A DNA stretch of 64,000 bases, taken from NCBI GenBank assembly GCA_964187785.1, contig OZ076409.1:4900001-4964000 (forward strand), read 5' to 3'. Every line of letters starts with the position of its first letter. The stretch's first letter is position 1. This DNA is from Amphiscolops sp. MND2022 (Eukaryota). Of this stretch, positions 1 to 14,379 are shown in pieces. The notes beneath the pieces are model-generated. The model worked only from the letters and a program-made list of their open reading frames with translations. It made no database searches and was not told the DNA's origin. The position numbers were made by a program, and so were the translations under genes.

Positions 1-447
1 TCCAATTGTCTGATATTGATAAAATATAGTCATACAGTGAAATATTTGCCAATGACACTATATTGAAATACTTTGACCGAATTGATTCAAGTAAACTGTT
101 TTGAATTATTGTATACGAGTTGAATGAAACATTTTGCGGACCCGAATGTTTCCACACTTTCACACTAATAAAACTGTAATTATGGAACAATATTTTTACA
201 GGAAAAACCTAATTTTTTTCAAGTTTTCAGAAACCACTGGTGAGCAAAATTTAAGAAGAAACAAAAATTCCGCGATGATGATTGTCAGTGATTGCAGAAC
301 CACCCAAATAAATGTTTGCTCAATTTCAAGTGAGACATTCAACCTTGCATGTATTAGTACTTACACCGGCGAGGGCGCATTTCTTTGAAAAATGAAAAAA
401 ATTGGTAAGTACTCGAGTGATAATAAATGACCTTTAGTACCAGTTTT

Positions 448-648
448 GGATCTTTTTTGTTAATCCCCCCCCCACCAATTTAATTCCCCCCAATTAAGCG
501 GTCAAGTGAAATTATCATTGAATTAATAGTAACAACCAATCAAATTGCAGTATTTCATAGCTCTAACTGCAACTGAAACTCATCGCTGATAGTGGTTGGG
601 GAAGTAAAACTTCCGCGCATACTGTGGGGGGATTAACGGAAAAGATCC
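448..648. mobile_element. MITE with GGATC termini and 8-bp TSD (Merlin-like); further copies 54010-54185 and partial ~60295-60385
   Basis: TIR GGATCTTTT..GTTAATCCCCCC; TSD CCAGTTTT/CCAGTTTC; second copy TSD GATTCTTA/GATTTTTA; shared core CTCTAACTGCAACTGAAACTCATCGCTGATA. Confidence 0.75.
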
Positions 649-709
649 CCAGTTTCTATCTTGTAGTGATTATATTGACTAATCAAAGAAAGAACGACAA
701 TAGTCAGAA

Positions 710-2737
710 CCCGGGTTGACCCTCTTACTAGAATCTCGGCTGTCTTAGCAAGATCTGCCAAATTTTTACTACATCTTGGCAACCATGGATCCCATGGCAA
801 GATTCTTATTAAGATCTTACTAAGATAGTACTTATTCCAAGATCATATCTTATCACGGTGGACAAAGTTTATTAAAAAACACTATACTTTCGGTACAAGC
901 ACCCGAGACTCAATCTAAAGGCTCATTTCACCCAACAACGACTGTTTCTACCCGTTTCCATAATCAAAATGCTTAAACCTGCTGGAAAAAAATTTGCATG
1001 CAAAAATGCGTGAAAAATTACGATAACGTATTCTGGCTTCCGAAATTTTGACCGGAATCCCAATACCTGCTCACCTTTTTAAGACTGAGAAATGCGAATG
1101 TACCAAATGAAAGGTCATTTCAAGGGTTTTCCAAAACTTGTAATGTATCACACCTGTCGATTCCAAACACGGGGAACAATGCTCTTAAACGTCCAGAGCC
1201 ACTATCGGAAAGTTACACAGGGAATTATTGGAAATCAAGAAAAATTTTGTATTTTCTAATCTTCGGCTTTTTTGAGCCTGTTTCAGCAGTCCTATTACTG
1301 TTGGAAACGGTGGTCATTACCCCGTTTTGGGTATTGATTCAGGTCGAGGCTTTTCTAACGCCGCTATTGGCGACGGCTTTGCTATTGATAGAACAATTTA
1401 ATCTGAGCCTCCTTAAATATACAGCATAAGCACTCTTCAATCAAATTTTATACCTTGTGTCAGAATGGATTGGAGATCTATTTTGCGACGTATTACTGCC
1501 ATTCTCTTCTCGATTACTCGAGGAAATTTTATCCGATAGGGTTCGCATTAGCGAGGTTAATTCTCCAATCTGTCAGTTCATTTCATTGAACCTGCGTTCA
1601 ATTCGTACTTTTTCATGATATCTGAAGTTGGTTGTGGCGATAACATTATTCTCTGACTCGAAGGTGCGAGTACTAACTTCTGGCAAACTAATATCGCTAG
1701 AATTGGCGTCATTATCGCTCATTTCGTCTTCTCTATTCTGGTTATTTTACGAAGGTTGAGCTCTGGTATTTACCATTTTGAGAGAATTATTCAGTTTTTT
1801 TTAAAGAATTGAATTGAGTGGAAGGAAGTCTATTCTATTGAGATAGTGTTGTATTTAGTTGGCTGTAGAAAATGAAAGCAGAATCGGGTAATGTAACGAC
1901 TGCACTTGTGATATTCCAAATCTCACTGAAGTTGGTTAGTACTTTTTTCAAGTACTCAATTATCATTTAAGAGTCGTTTAAATGTGGCTTTTAATTGGTT
2001 CATATACTAGGTGATAATCGTTTCGCAGGTACGACTATGTACTCTAGTCGTTAATGTTATCTTAACTTTAAATACAAAAATTAATTGCACCTGTTAATCA
2101 CTGGCTAGAGTAACTTGTACTATTCAATGTGATGATAGCACTAATCCTCGTTACATGTAATTATTGCAATTTTTACAACTAATGAAAAATTGAATGTTCA
2201 AACGATGCTTCTAATATGGCGAGCAACTACTAGCACTAGACGTAATTCCCAAATGATTTCCAAATGATGACTGTGAAAATGTTAATAAATTCGAGGAATC
2301 GATGCAATTCTAGAAAGAAATATCGATGCACTATGACAGAATGTGTAGTAAATTAGTTTGCATGAATGGTATAAAATTCTGGACGACTAGTTATGCTGGT
2401 CGTCCTTTCTCCTTTAATACCTTCATGTATATATTTTGGACGAAATTAAGTTTTTCTGAGTTTGTGACGTCTGGAGGAGATTTCAATCGTTAGATCCAAT
2501 CATGCGATCGAGCATGACACCTTGCTAACAGAAAATTGTCATGTCTAACATGTAAATCTGCATAGATGTATATTTTTGTTGACTTCCTTTCAGATCTTTT
2601 CTGCCCAAATAGGATTTTACAATAATTTTATTCTTCGGAACGTGGCTCTCTTGATAAGATCTTACCATGACGTCTTGCAATTCTTGGCAATATCTTGTCA
2701 AGATCTTACTAAGATATCCATGGAGGGTCGACCCGGG
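710..2737. mobile_element. Non-autonomous TIR element (EnSpm/CACTA-like) with subterminal CAAGAT/AAGATCT repeats
   Basis: TIR CCCGGGTTGACCCTC / GAGGGTCGACCCGGG, flanked by AA on both sides; no transposase seen. Confidence 0.65.
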
Positions 2738-4733
2738 AAAGGATACAACAGTCTGTTGCGGCAAAATTGACAACAATCTTCAAATCAACTTTTTATGAAC
2801 AACAAATGACTGAACTTCAGCTTTTTCATACCAACCGGGACCTCTGACATCCCGAAACTTAGATTCCCGTTGAATTTTCTTTCGTCTACTAGCCATGTTG
2901 TTGATCTCTTGTAAAATGTAAAAAAAATGGTTTGTTGTGTTGGTAAAACGTGATAAAAGGTGTTAGTACTCACACATTTCCGAAATCCTGTTCGGAGTAT
3001 AGAGACTGGTGTGACGATGAGTCATCAAAGGTCAAGCTGTGACTCATCGACTGGCCATTGATGACGTCAGAAGAACCCCCTGTCTCGAAAACCTCCTCGT
3101 CCTCAAAGATCTCGAAACTCTGTCTGTTGTCCACACTCATATCAGGGAGTCATCTCGTCGTTTTGTTATAAACTCGGTTATAAGGCGACGAAGGTACTTA
3201 TAACAAGCAGCTTTCAGGTCGAAATGAGCTCAATTGATAATTGACAAATTCTGGGACCTTGTGTCACATTCCCCGTACAAATGCCATTATGTCGACATCG
3301 TTTGCGTTGGAATTTCTGTCCAATAAAATAATTGATGTCGACATAATCCTATCTTTTACATTATTTCATAGTTAAAAGTTGGTCATTTTAATTTATGGGG
3401 GGGGGGTGGAGAAAATTTGCGTTAAAATAGGGCTTCCTATACAATTTTATCTTGTTACAGGGGTGAATTCATGCTTTTTTGTCCAGAAAACATCAAATGT
3501 CTGGATAATTTTTGCTGCAAGTGTCGAAACAACTCTAGAGACAATCCGCTAAGTATTCATAGTCATATCATTTTCTTTCATTCGCCCAAAAAGTTTTTTC
3601 AAGCATAAAAGATGCTGATGTGTTGGGGTGGGAATAAGTAACCAAGTGTATCTAGGGGGGGGTTTGTGAATAAGACAAATGGTCCAAACTCTGAAGTTGA
3701 GGCATATTCTTTGAGCCGCTATAAAAACTGAATTCAATTTTCACTTCACAGTTGGAAAGATTTTGATGAAATAGATTTGATTTGAGGAAAACTTTCTGCT
3801 CCATTGGAGAAGCTACAACGTGAGTTTTCAATTAAATAACTTTCACCTTTTCATAAAAACTCGTCTTTACTTTTTAAAATAAATATTTACAAAAAATATT
3901 GAAACTACTTTTAGAAACCTTGTATATAACTTTTCGACCTGAAATAACCTTTTATCTCTTTTGTAATTGAAATTTTTCGTAATAAAAGTTTTTGCAGCCT
4001 CCAAAACTATAAGTATTTTTTTGTTTTTGAATGCTACTCGATATTATGTAACAGCAGATACCAAATAACTTTTTTCATCTCGTAATCAAATCAGTGAAAC
4101 ATTTGGAATGATGCAGTATTTGCGTTAGTACTTCGCTGTTCTACTTTAAATTCTTCGCTTCAAAAAGGTTGAGCTTTGAATGAACTGTGAAAGGTCTTTT
4201 TTCTCAGCAATAGTTTCACGTTTGAACAATGAGCAGTATTTATAGCAGAGAAGAAAGATTTTGGTCTTCAATGGTATACGTTTCGCATGGTGCCAATGTT
4301 ACGTCATAGCGTATGATTCAGTGCTTTTATGAGACGTTCTAATGAGACCATTATATTAGAAGTTTTGGTTATTGTTTAACGAAAGTTCTGAACTAAAGCT
4401 GACGACTTGGCATTATTTTACGACAATAATCGCTGCAAGCTCGTATATAATTCAGCAAAGATGTCTGACTCGAAAGTAGTTTAATCCAATAGATTCATTT
4501 ATGAATCAATTACTGGATATTAGTATGACGAAAATAGACAAAATTAAAGGACCTTTGTTCGACATGATTCAGGAGTTCAAATTTCAAATTCGATCATCAA
4601 GTAACAAAAAAGCGAAACGTCCAAAAATACTATCATAAACCTTCTAAACAATTGTATTTTGATTACACGGTATGAATGGAATTTTTGAAAATATTGAAGT
4701 TACGCCTTCATACAAGGTTACAGGGTTAAACAA

Positions 4734-4885
4734 AACAGGAGAAAAGATGGTTTTACCGGGTATCAAATTTTAGAATATACTTTACCAGTTTTTTGTAGAA
4801 CACCCAATTTCGATGGTGTTCTACAAGAAACTGGTAATGATTATTCGAAAATTTCATACCCGGTAAAACCATCTTTTCTCCTGTT
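4734..4885. mobile_element. Palindromic MITE (~150 bp hairpin)
   Basis: AACAGGAGAAAAGATGGTTTTACCGGGTAT and its exact reverse complement at the other end; interior also inverted. Confidence 0.8.
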
Positions 4886-4955
4886 AAGGCATACTTCCAC
4901 GTCTGAGCAATGAAATTTTTGAAGAGTTCTCTTTTTTGGCGCTACAAGGAAGACC

Positions 4956-5645
4956 AACAAGCCGGGAACGGTCCAAGTTGGCGCTATATTTCTAAGGCTC
5001 AATCAATTTTACAGTGTCGAAAAATACCTCGAGGGATACGCATAAGACTCGAAAATCACCTTTTCCCCAACCGGAAACAGCAAAAAACCATCTTACTCAA
5101 AAAGCCAAAACCTCTCAAAAAACAAAAAGATGAGCGAAAAAGTTCCTTCCAAAAATGTATTCGGTAAATCGCCTAGTGCCGAAAATTCTAAGTAGGACCC
5201 TTTGTCGGTTTTAACATCCATTCTGTTGCGAACTATCAAAAAAAATTGAAGGGGGCCCTTTGAAGACTTTAAAAAATTTCGAAAAATTCTTACACAGCCG
5301 AAATTACATCTGAACTTTGAAAACGTTACATCCGAACTTTGAAAACGTTATATCCGAACTTTGAAAACGTTACATCCAAACTTTGAGAACGTTATATCCG
5401 AACTTTGAAAACGTTACATCCAAACTTTGAGAACGTTATATCCAAAATTTGAAAACGTTATATCCGAAATTTGAAAACGTTATATGCGAACTTTGAAAGC
5501 GTTTTATGTGAACTTTGAAAGCGTTATATCCGATCAAAATCTAAATACGTTCAACAGCTCAGCTTATAAAGCGTATAAGTTCTGTCACTTCGCCGGTCTA
5601 AAGTCAGCGCTATAGTCTGCGCTTTTTACGAACAGCGCCGACTGA
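4956..5645 (-). mobile_element. Helentron/DINE-1-like non-autonomous element (HINE) with central 22-bp tandem repeat
   Basis: subterminal inverted repeats AGT(C/T)GGCGC / GCGCCGACT, terminal GCCG-GGAA-CGG hairpin, TCCGAACTTTGAAAACGTTATA array 5305-5532. Confidence 0.6.
5305..5532. repeat. Minisatellite, 22-bp unit, about 10 copies; same unit at ~53380-53442 and ~61188-61290
   Basis: direct reading; no unique spacers. Confidence 0.9.
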
Positions 5646-6004
5646 AAAAACGGATCACAGCAGAAAACGTTCAATCTTCATGACTGCATCATTTGTGAAG
5701 CACGCTCTGAAACTGTCAATTCTTTAGAACTGAGCTCGGAATACGTAATCACAGGCGCAAAAAGTATGGTTCCAATTTCAGAACTCGCAACGCTGTCTTT
5801 CCGAAGAAAACTACCCTGTTTCAACATGTTAGAAAATTCTGCATGATGGACTCAATCATGCAAAACTGATATTTTAATAAACATCAGGGAGCTCTTTTCT
5901 GCACCCCTACCCCCGAAGTTTTTGAAAGTTAATTTTTTCAGATTAGCCTAATCTGGTGCTCGGAACAGTTGTAGGTGGGTTCGACTCCAGCACTGGACGA
6001 TTCT

Positions 6005-6490
6005 TTTTAGTCGGCGCGCGCCTTTTCCCTTAAGGAAAAAAGCTCGACATTTACAGTGAGTAGTTTTTTTTCAGTTGACAATCTCGCTCTGAGTGGTCCA
6101 CTTTTCACAATTTGTTCATTTGTTCAACTTCCACCAATTTTCTGAACCCGGAGAGCGTGGGTTCGATTCTCGCACTAAACCATAAATTTTACTTACCCAT
6201 AAATAAAAAGTACAAGTTAGACCAAAGGGGTTTTTTTTGGCACTATGCAACTTTTCTCGAAAATTTTCGATTTTTACCAAAAGGTACCTTGCATTTTTTT
6301 GTTTTAGTTTTGTAAAAAACGTTTAAAGAGCCTAAATGACCTCTTTTCCAGTTTTTCGGCATTGTGCGACTTTTTTAACAAATCATTTTTATTGAAAAAA
6401 AAAATATTTTTCCACATGTTTCCAATAGTTCTTCCTTGAATATTTTTGAGCCTTAGATATGGCGCCGACTTGGGACATTCCCGTCTTGTT
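6005..6490 (+). mobile_element. HINE-like element, same family
   Basis: TTTTAGTCGGCGC ... GAGCCTTAGATATGGCGCCGACTTGGGACATTCCCGTCTTGTT. Confidence 0.65.
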
Positions 6491-8119
6491 TGATCTTGCA
6501 AAAGGTATGGGGGAGTTTTTGTCCAATTTTTTGTTAGCCCAACAACTAAGGAACATACATGGTTGCACTAAAGTCCATCCAGATACTACCAACTCACCCC
6601 TAAAAGTGAATTTAGTGTTTGTTTTAAGTATGTTTTAGCGCCGAAATTCTCCCTGCTTTTGAATGTTGAATGATGTTGAATATATTTTGATGTTGAAAGA
6701 ATCCGAAGGATTCTCAGTTTGATTTTCTATTCTGTTTTTAGTAGGCGTTTTTCGTAGAAAAACGCAGACTATATGTAACGTCAGCCACTCGATTACAAAG
6801 TTTCGTTGAAATGTGAAAAAATGTGCGATTCAAAATGGCCGTCCTGGCACGTCCCAGAAATCACAAAAAGCATAAGAGAACGCAAAAAATACCCCCCAAC
6901 CCAACCCGAACTTGAGAAGAACACGCAGAATTGAGAAGAAGAACGTCAGAGAGTGGAAAAACGCTGTGTTGTGCCATCCACTTCTTGAATATGTCTCAGA
7001 ACACCCAAAAAGAGCATATGACACCCCAATGGATTATCCCCAGAACAGTGGGAACTGGATGAAGAACTCAAATGTGCTAATTCTTGTTTGTTTTTTTCCT
7101 ATTAATGTTTTTTTGTAGACTTGCAATGATAGTGGATCTATTAGATCCCTATTTTGGTGGATTTAGACGTTATTCCACGAATAAAATGTACTTCAGCTAG
7201 AAAGTATTATTAGACATCGGGAGTATGTAGGAACACCCAGGAACCTTAGGATTCATTTTTACAGGCTCGTGGGACGTGTCCGGACTTTGAGAGTTTGGGG
7301 AGACTCCTTAGACGCTTGAAAAAGTCCATTTAGGAGATCATTTAAGGGACAAAAAACAAATGTTTAGGGCTGTAGTAAGTCAACGGTCTCCTATTTAAGC
7401 ACCCTAGGCATTATCCCAGTTCTACGATGTAGGCTGCTAGCTGGACGTTACAATAGTAATGACATTGTTTTTTTAGGACGAACAAGATGACAGATTTTAC
7501 TGGTGATTTTACAAGATGACATTTATTGGTCCATTTTGTTTTTCTCAACCCGGGTGATTGCAACATTGGCTAAAAATTCCGTGTTTTCATGCATCTTTTT
7601 CTTCAGTGCTAATGGCTAATGTTGGTGTAATCTATGGAGATGTTTCCTGAAACTATTCTTGTTTTTCGAACCTCCTAATTGTTTGTCTGACAAAAAAGCT
7701 CCTACGTGTACGGGAATATGTTTTCTAAATGACTCTTTTGCTCTTGTCGGTTTTCCGGTGATTGGTTAAAGTCGTGGCTTGTTATTTTCCTCAGAAGTGG
7801 TTTGAATAAAGTCGACTCCATGGGGCCTCCATCTCGTTTTTGAACTGTAAGGTGGTTTGTCCAGCCCACCTTCCACACCGGGTCCCACGGGACTCTTCTT
7901 GGGACTCTCATTGTCAGCCTAGTTCCTGAAAATGGCTTGAAAGAAAGAAGTTCAGATTCGTTTTTTATGTAACCTCAAATCAATGAGAATGTCGATTGAT
8001 ACGAAAATTGGATAGAGTAGGTGGTTTGCCAGAAGAGCAGAAAACACGAGGTGATAAAAGCCAACAGTTGAAAAAAGTCTCCATTGTCTATCAATTTGCA
8101 ATTCTTCTCAATTTTACGT

Positions 8120-8325
8120 GTTTCAGCCTCACTGACAGTGGTTCCAGGCTGGCGTGAGGGGCATTGATTATTACGACTGGTTGCAAGAGCATCCATCAAC
8201 GTGACCCAATATACTAGCTTTTAACCCATTTCCCAAGGAATCATTGTAACACAGTCTGGGCGTTTGCCTTCAGGTCGATTCAGTTGACGCGGCTCGAGCA
8301 TTGAAGACAAGTCGACAGATCCCAA
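8120..8325 (-). mobile_element. Fragment of CRE-type non-LTR retrotransposon endonuclease region
   Basis: reverse complement matches 23940-24140. Confidence 0.7.
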
Positions 8326-8419
8326 ATACGATACCAAATCGAACTAATCGAACTAATTACGAAAATGTTAACTTTGTGACAATGGAAATTATTTATTTCT
8401 TTAGATTGAATTTAGCTTA

Positions 8420-9300
8420 TTGAACAATTTGCCAATCATCAGAAGATAAAACCATAAGTGAAAAAAGACACAAAAAAGAGATGTAACTATATTGTATAGC
8501 AGGCACGGACACAACTAAATGAAAAGCAAGTTTGATTGCTAGCATCAGAACGCGTATTTCAGGGTATGGCTGCGTTATTCGTCCTTGGTAATCAATGTCG
8601 GCCTCAGCGTAAACTGATACCAGTGGGAGTAAAACCCTCTTTGATCTTGTGCTGCCCAACAGAACCACATATGTTGAATTAAGGAAATCTTCACATTCAC
8701 GAAAGTGTTCCCCAAAGGACCGCTCTTCAATCTGTGTTTTTTGATACGCTTTTGTAGGTGGCGTGTGGTTCGACCCACGTAGTCCCCCCTACATTGGGGG
8801 CACGTTATTTTGGAAACAACCCTACTAGGCAACTCGGAGTAAATTTGTGTCTTGAGCATGGATTTTTGATGGACCAACTTGTGGGATGTGAAATTAGATT
8901 TGGCAACTTAACAATTTCAAATTTTAAGCAAAGATCGCACTGATCTCTTCACTATAATCTAGACCCGGTCTTATTTTTGAATCGAATTCTTTTGATGTTT
9001 GACTTGTGGGTTTTTTCCACACAGTCGATTTTAAAATCTTGAAGTTGAATAAATCAAACACTTCGGGTACTGATTTTGTATTAGGCCTCCAAAGCAGCTG
9101 ACCAGCTCAAGTTGAAACTTTCCCAAAACGAAGTGGTGTTGAATATCCGGTACAACGAGCCAGCAATCAGACTAATTTTGTCCACTTTAGGAGCAAGAGC
9201 AGGAAAATGAAACAGTCCCCAGTGTCCATCTACCGGAACCATGACGATTGAATTGGAACCCAGAACAATTTGACACAACTTGTCTACGTTTAAACCGTCC
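8420..9300 (-). mobile_element. Penelope-like retroelement 3' fragment (RT thumb + GIY-YIG endonuclease), degraded
   Basis: SRVVSKITCPQCRGDYVGRTTRHLQKRIKKH; HFPALAPKVDKISLIAGSLYRIFN. Confidence 0.75.
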
Positions 9301-10200
9301 AAGATATGATTTCTAGAATTGATGACAAACCTTCGAAAATTTCTATGCTCGTCAAGGCAAATTTGTGTCTCAGTGGCTGAACGTCGTCCCGTGCACGAAC
9401 GTTAAACTTGATGCTTCGGATCAGCAGCTTAGGATTTCAATTTAGTCTCAGAGCCAAAATCTTTGTTGCACATAAGTGAGACTGTGATAAAAGAAGTGAA
9501 CGGGACGGTTTACACCGTCCTTTTCGCACCAAGAGTGCTGGTCGCTTCTCACGTCATGCTACTCGCAATTTTCGCATGAAGCAGAAGATGGGATCTCTCG
9601 ACTTGCCTTCAATGCTCGAACTACGTAAGACTGTACCTAACAGATGGCAATCGCCCAAGATATGATCTCTAGAATTGATTACAAACCTTTGAAAGTTTTT
9701 ACGCTCGTGAAGGCAAATTCGGGTCTCAGTGGTTGAACGTCGTTCCGTGCACGAACGTGAAACGTGACCATGGTGCTACCATGGTGCTACCATGGTGCTA
9801 CCATGATTCCTTGTAACATGGATGAACAGCTGGTGTGGGATGTCACGATGGTGCATGCTCTTTCACCAAGTCCCCCGAATCAAGGCTCCTTATGCAACCG
9901 GGGAACCACGGCCAACGAGGCGAAAGCGCATGAGATTGATACGCATCATGAACTAATAGCCAATGGATACATTTTCCCATCGTTGGCCATGGAAATACAG
10001 GGTTCTTCAGGCAAGAACAATGAAATTTTTATCACGCAGTTCTGTAAAATGCTCTGTCGCTCGCACGACGATCAATGAGCTGGCAGTTTTTTGAAGTAAC
10101 GGATATCGATGGCTCTTCAGATCAGCAATGCGGCAAGTGCTCTAGGAACTGTGAGCAACAGAGATGCGTTCGAAGAAATTTATTACATATAGTTTATTTT
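9298..10200 (+). mobile_element. CRE-type non-LTR retrotransposon 3' fragment with internal duplication and 11-bp ACCATGGTGCT repeat
   Basis: QLVWDVTMVHAL, GYIFPSLAMEIQGS restriction-like endonuclease region; 9298-9410 repeated at ~9657-9765. Confidence 0.8.
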
Positions 10201-10401
10201 TTAAACTCCTGTAAAAATTTGTAGTTTTTCGAAAAAAAAATTGTTTCCACGAGTCGACTGGGATAGTGGCTGGTATGAACAGTTTGTTGGTTGTTTTTTG
10301 TTACTGGTCTACTGCGATTCCGGGCGTTTTAGCGACAGACGTTTCGACGGCGTTCGTTTCCTTTAGCATCCTCTAAAAGCAAGCTCTTAATTAAAAGGAT
10401 A

Positions 10402-10810
10402 CACGGGGAACAAGAATAACCCCTGAGGTATAACGTCTAAAAATGGAGTAACGTCTTGAAGCGTGTTTAATTTTTTCAGTATTTTCGCCCACCTAATATT
10501 AGGTCATAAACGATGTATGCACGCTCGAACTCACCGTCGCAAATACCAGCTCCACTATAATCGCTTCGTCATCTCCGGTACTGCTAGGACTTTGCTTCTG
10601 TTCGACCTCGCTTAACAAGATGGGAACATAAGCGGCGCCAAGGGCCCGCAGGCACTAGAGGACATGGGGGCAAATCCGAGGCACATTTTAATGCAGAAAA
10701 GGTATGTATAAAAAGGGTACTTTGTTTTTAGTTTTTAGAGGTACTTCCGGCGAAAGTGTTGTTGCCGAAAAGTCCAGCGCCATATTGTCGCCGAAACGTC
10801 TTGTTCCCGT
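10402..10810. mobile_element. TIR element carrying shared GC-rich core (10515-10685)
   Basis: ACGGGGAACAAGA ... TCTTGTTCCCGT termini; TAACGTCT repeats left, GCCGAAA repeats right. Confidence 0.55.
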
Positions 10811-11369
10811 CTACTGGAAAGGTGGCTGGTGTGGGGTTACCAACTTCCGTTGCTGACCACGGGTGTGTTTCATCTCCCGGACATCATGATACACAGGGCA
10901 CTTGGTTAATGACGATTGAATAGTGCCATATTTTGTGTTAACTTTAGGTCAGAAAATGAGGGAGAGTCGCCACTCCCTAAAGTTCCCAACATATACTTTA
11001 GGTTTAGCTGAAAAGTGTTCGCATAATCCACCAGATAATGCGATCAGTGATGTTCACAAGCACCTAGTGCCGCGAAGCTAGGAGAGACGTGCCGTCACTT
11101 GATCGAGGGCTTTTTTTGGCGAAGGCCGAGTCGTACAACTAATAAAAGTCGTACAACTAATACATTGTCAATAGTTTTAGAAACCCCAAGCACCGTTTTC
11201 CCTAGTTTGTCACTCTCCTCGTTTTTGATTGGTCGGTCACCCCTCTGAAAATGAGCAATATAACACGTGTCGCGTTCAGTGCCTGAAACCATAGGTTGGT
11301 GGCTCTGAAAAAAGTCCCGGAGACGAATCAATAGGTTCTGCTCCGCTCAAAGATGTTGTGAACCCTCTG

Positions 11370-14130
11370 GCAGAATTTTTTGGGTAGGATGTTCAAACTG
11401 CCGTAGGTGGTTCCATATCAAAGGTGTGGGATATACGAATTAGCAGTCGGAGGAGGAATCGTTTTTTGCAGACCTTGCCAAGTTGTGGATGCGGGTGCTC
11501 CACTGAACCTTACCGCTGATACTCGGATAGCCGTCACCCAAGCAGACTCCACCATTCTGAAACGAGTACTCGAACACGCACAAATTCCATTAGCAAAGAT
11601 TCTCAACGAAGCGCTTGATGGCGTAGTAGCAAAGCCACAAGATGAAACGTGCTAGGTGAGTTTCTTTCTTCAATTTTGCGCCATCATGAAACAGCCAAAA
11701 CGATCTGGCAAACGACAGAAATCTGATCTGGGGAGTGTCATATGCGAGAGAATCGACAAAGGTCTAGCTCTTGGTGATCTTGTCGTCCCGCGTGAAATGA
11801 AGGATTCTTAACTCGGACAAGATTGCGAAAAAATGGTCAAGTTGTAACTTCCCAGCGGCAATAAGACTTGCAGCGTCTGACCACACAGTAGCTCCCTGTG
11901 ACAACAACACTTACAAAATCTTCAGTCAAAACATGCCCTCCGAGCCGCAAATCATGGCCATTAAGTTTTCGAAGTCAGCTTAATTACGTTTGAGCCCACC
12001 GTAGCGAAGGCACTCAAGTTCTTCCCTCTTGAGTCTTCGGAAGGACCAACCCTACTTCTGCCCCTGCTGTACAAAGACCTTATCGCGGAGAGCAATGACC
12101 CCAAAGGCAACGAACGTGTTCCTCCAGAAGCTAACAAGTGTACTAAATAATGTCTTAGAGGGCAACATCCCTGTAGGTTTGAGACTTTTTTCCTTGGTGC
12201 TAACAAGACGGCGGAACTCGACCATTTTGCGGTCGGAAATACCCAGCGCCAAAAATGCTCAAAATGTGTGAGCTCCTTGGGGACTGACCACCTATGAAAT
12301 GATTCCCATGGTACGCAGTTCGGCTGCGGAAGAAGTCGTGGAGCTGAAGTCATAAACATGTTTTTCGAAACCTCATTGAGAACGAGCAGATTCTTGAAAA
12401 CGTTCCCCTGAAGATGTAATTCAAAAACGTTTCTAAATCGCTGAAACGTGACAAAATGATAGACACCGTTTCGCGAAAACTACGCTAGATTTACAATTAT
12501 ACTCATTCTACATATAGCGAACCTCTCATCTTTTCTTCGGACAGAAATTTATCTAATCACAAGAGGGCTGTCAGCAAGGGGACCCTGAAGGTTCAACTCT
12601 CTTCTCCGACACTTTTCAAGACCTCGTTAACCAAATAGTTTTGCAATATAGCGTTTGGTACCTCGACGACGGAAATCTTACGGAGGGTTTTTGTGGGCCT
12701 CAAATGAGTAATTGCTAGCGCCGATGAGTATGGGTTATCACTCGAAAAAACAAAATGTTACCTGAATTTCCTGAGAAATTTTACCGAAAGCTCAAAAAAG
12801 AGAATCAAAACGCTTTCTGACGAAATTTGACCGGGCATTAAAGTGGATGATCGTGAGAACTTGAAATTTTCAAGGGCGCAAATGCTCATCGAGTCCTGTT
12901 GAACAAAAAAATGTTGCAAAGAGTTGCAAAGACTCTCTGAAGTCGTTACAAAATTAGACACTCAATATGGTTTCTACCTGTTGAAGAACTACTTCAGTCT
13001 ACCTAAACAACTATGCTCTCTTCCTACCAGCCCTTGCTCTGAAGAGCTGGAGTTCCTATTGCAGTATGAATCCAATATTCGCAAATGGTTGTCCATCATC
13101 TGTATTGTGAATTTCAATGAAAGCAGATATACTCAGGCGATTCTCCCAGTTGGCAAAGTGAGCAAAGGCATTGCGTCGGCTTCCCAGATTGATCTTCATG
13201 CTTTTTTAGTTTCAGCAACAGGCGCCAAATGTGCTCTGTTGTGTATCCTCCTGGGAGACTATGTTGATGCATCGTTTGAAAAAGTTTTGACTTTGTGGTT
13301 GACAAGAACGAACCTATCAGGGGCACCGTTTGATTTCATCCAAAAACATTGGACGTCTCATTTAAGCGATTTTATTTTGATAAACTTATTAGAGACAATG
13401 ATGCGGAAAATGTCAAAAAACTAAATGCTTACCAACACGTTTTGCCTGAAGTAAGTCGATCAGCAACTGCGCATCTCGTTATCCGTCCACCTGGTTGCGA
13501 AAATTTGCGAGAAACACTTTTGCTGTTGTGGGAAACTTGTCGAAGAGAACGGACAACATCGTCGTTCCTGTACCAGAAGCGCGGGACATTTCTCGAGGCA
13601 CCACAACCTCAATACTCTCGTGAAGAAGGCGCCGAGTTCCATCAAAGTTCCCTCAATTTTGGAACCAAATGGTCTGACGAGAACAGACGGAAAGCGAGCA
13701 GATGGAATTACCCTAGCGCCCTAGGAGGAAGGCAAGCAATTGGTTTGGGAAGTTACCTGTGTCAATCTTCTTGCCCCCAGCAGAATCGAGAACGGGTCTG
13801 TCCCCAACCTAGGCACAGCAGCGGAGGATGCAGAGGAATTGCAAACGCATAAGTACGTTTGTTTGACTGACAAAATGTTATCTTCCCACGCTTAGACTTT
13901 GACATTCAGGGACGAGTCAGACCTTTACGTGTTCCGAAAAACCTCTGAAAAAAATGTGCGTGTGCAACCAGCATATTGGAGCAGGGTCGTTTTTCAGGCA
14001 GGGTCGTTTTTCAGGCAAGGATTTTTTTGTCTGCCGCTTGGGCTGGGGGCACATGATGAATAAACAAGCTTTTTTAAAAAAAGTGCTGCTTGATGACGAT
14101 CCAATTCTGATAATGAATAAAGAAATAATT
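11370..14130 (+). mobile_element. Degraded near full-length CRE-type non-LTR retrotransposon (RT + restriction-like endonuclease)
   Basis: frameshifted RT motifs SQEGCQQGDPEG (~12557), WYLDDG (~12656), LLKNYFSLPKQL; endonuclease region 13560-13900. Confidence 0.8.
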
Positions 14131-14379
14131 GAATTAGTCTACGTGCGCACTTTAGTTTCGCTGCGATGGAACTTTTTTCAGTTTTCCGCGCAATGAATAG
14201 TTATCCTGCGAGAGAGTCTCCAAAAGTCAGTGTGTCGAACTAGTCGATTGAAACTCTCGCTTCTCGGATTACTTTGGATTGCTGACTTGTTGAGAGAGAA
14301 AAAAATACCTAATTTCCTTTCCGGGGAAACAAAAGTTTTAAATGACACTCCTACGAAACTTACAAGTGTATGTTAAAGT

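Noticed and set aside
1247..1780. Minus-strand MVNTRAQ... decayed ORF inside the TIR element
   Set aside because: Early stop, low complexity, no assignable domain
5305..5532. Regular 22-bp repeats suggesting a CRISPR array
   Set aside because: Head-to-tail with no unique spacers, eukaryotic context, no cas genes
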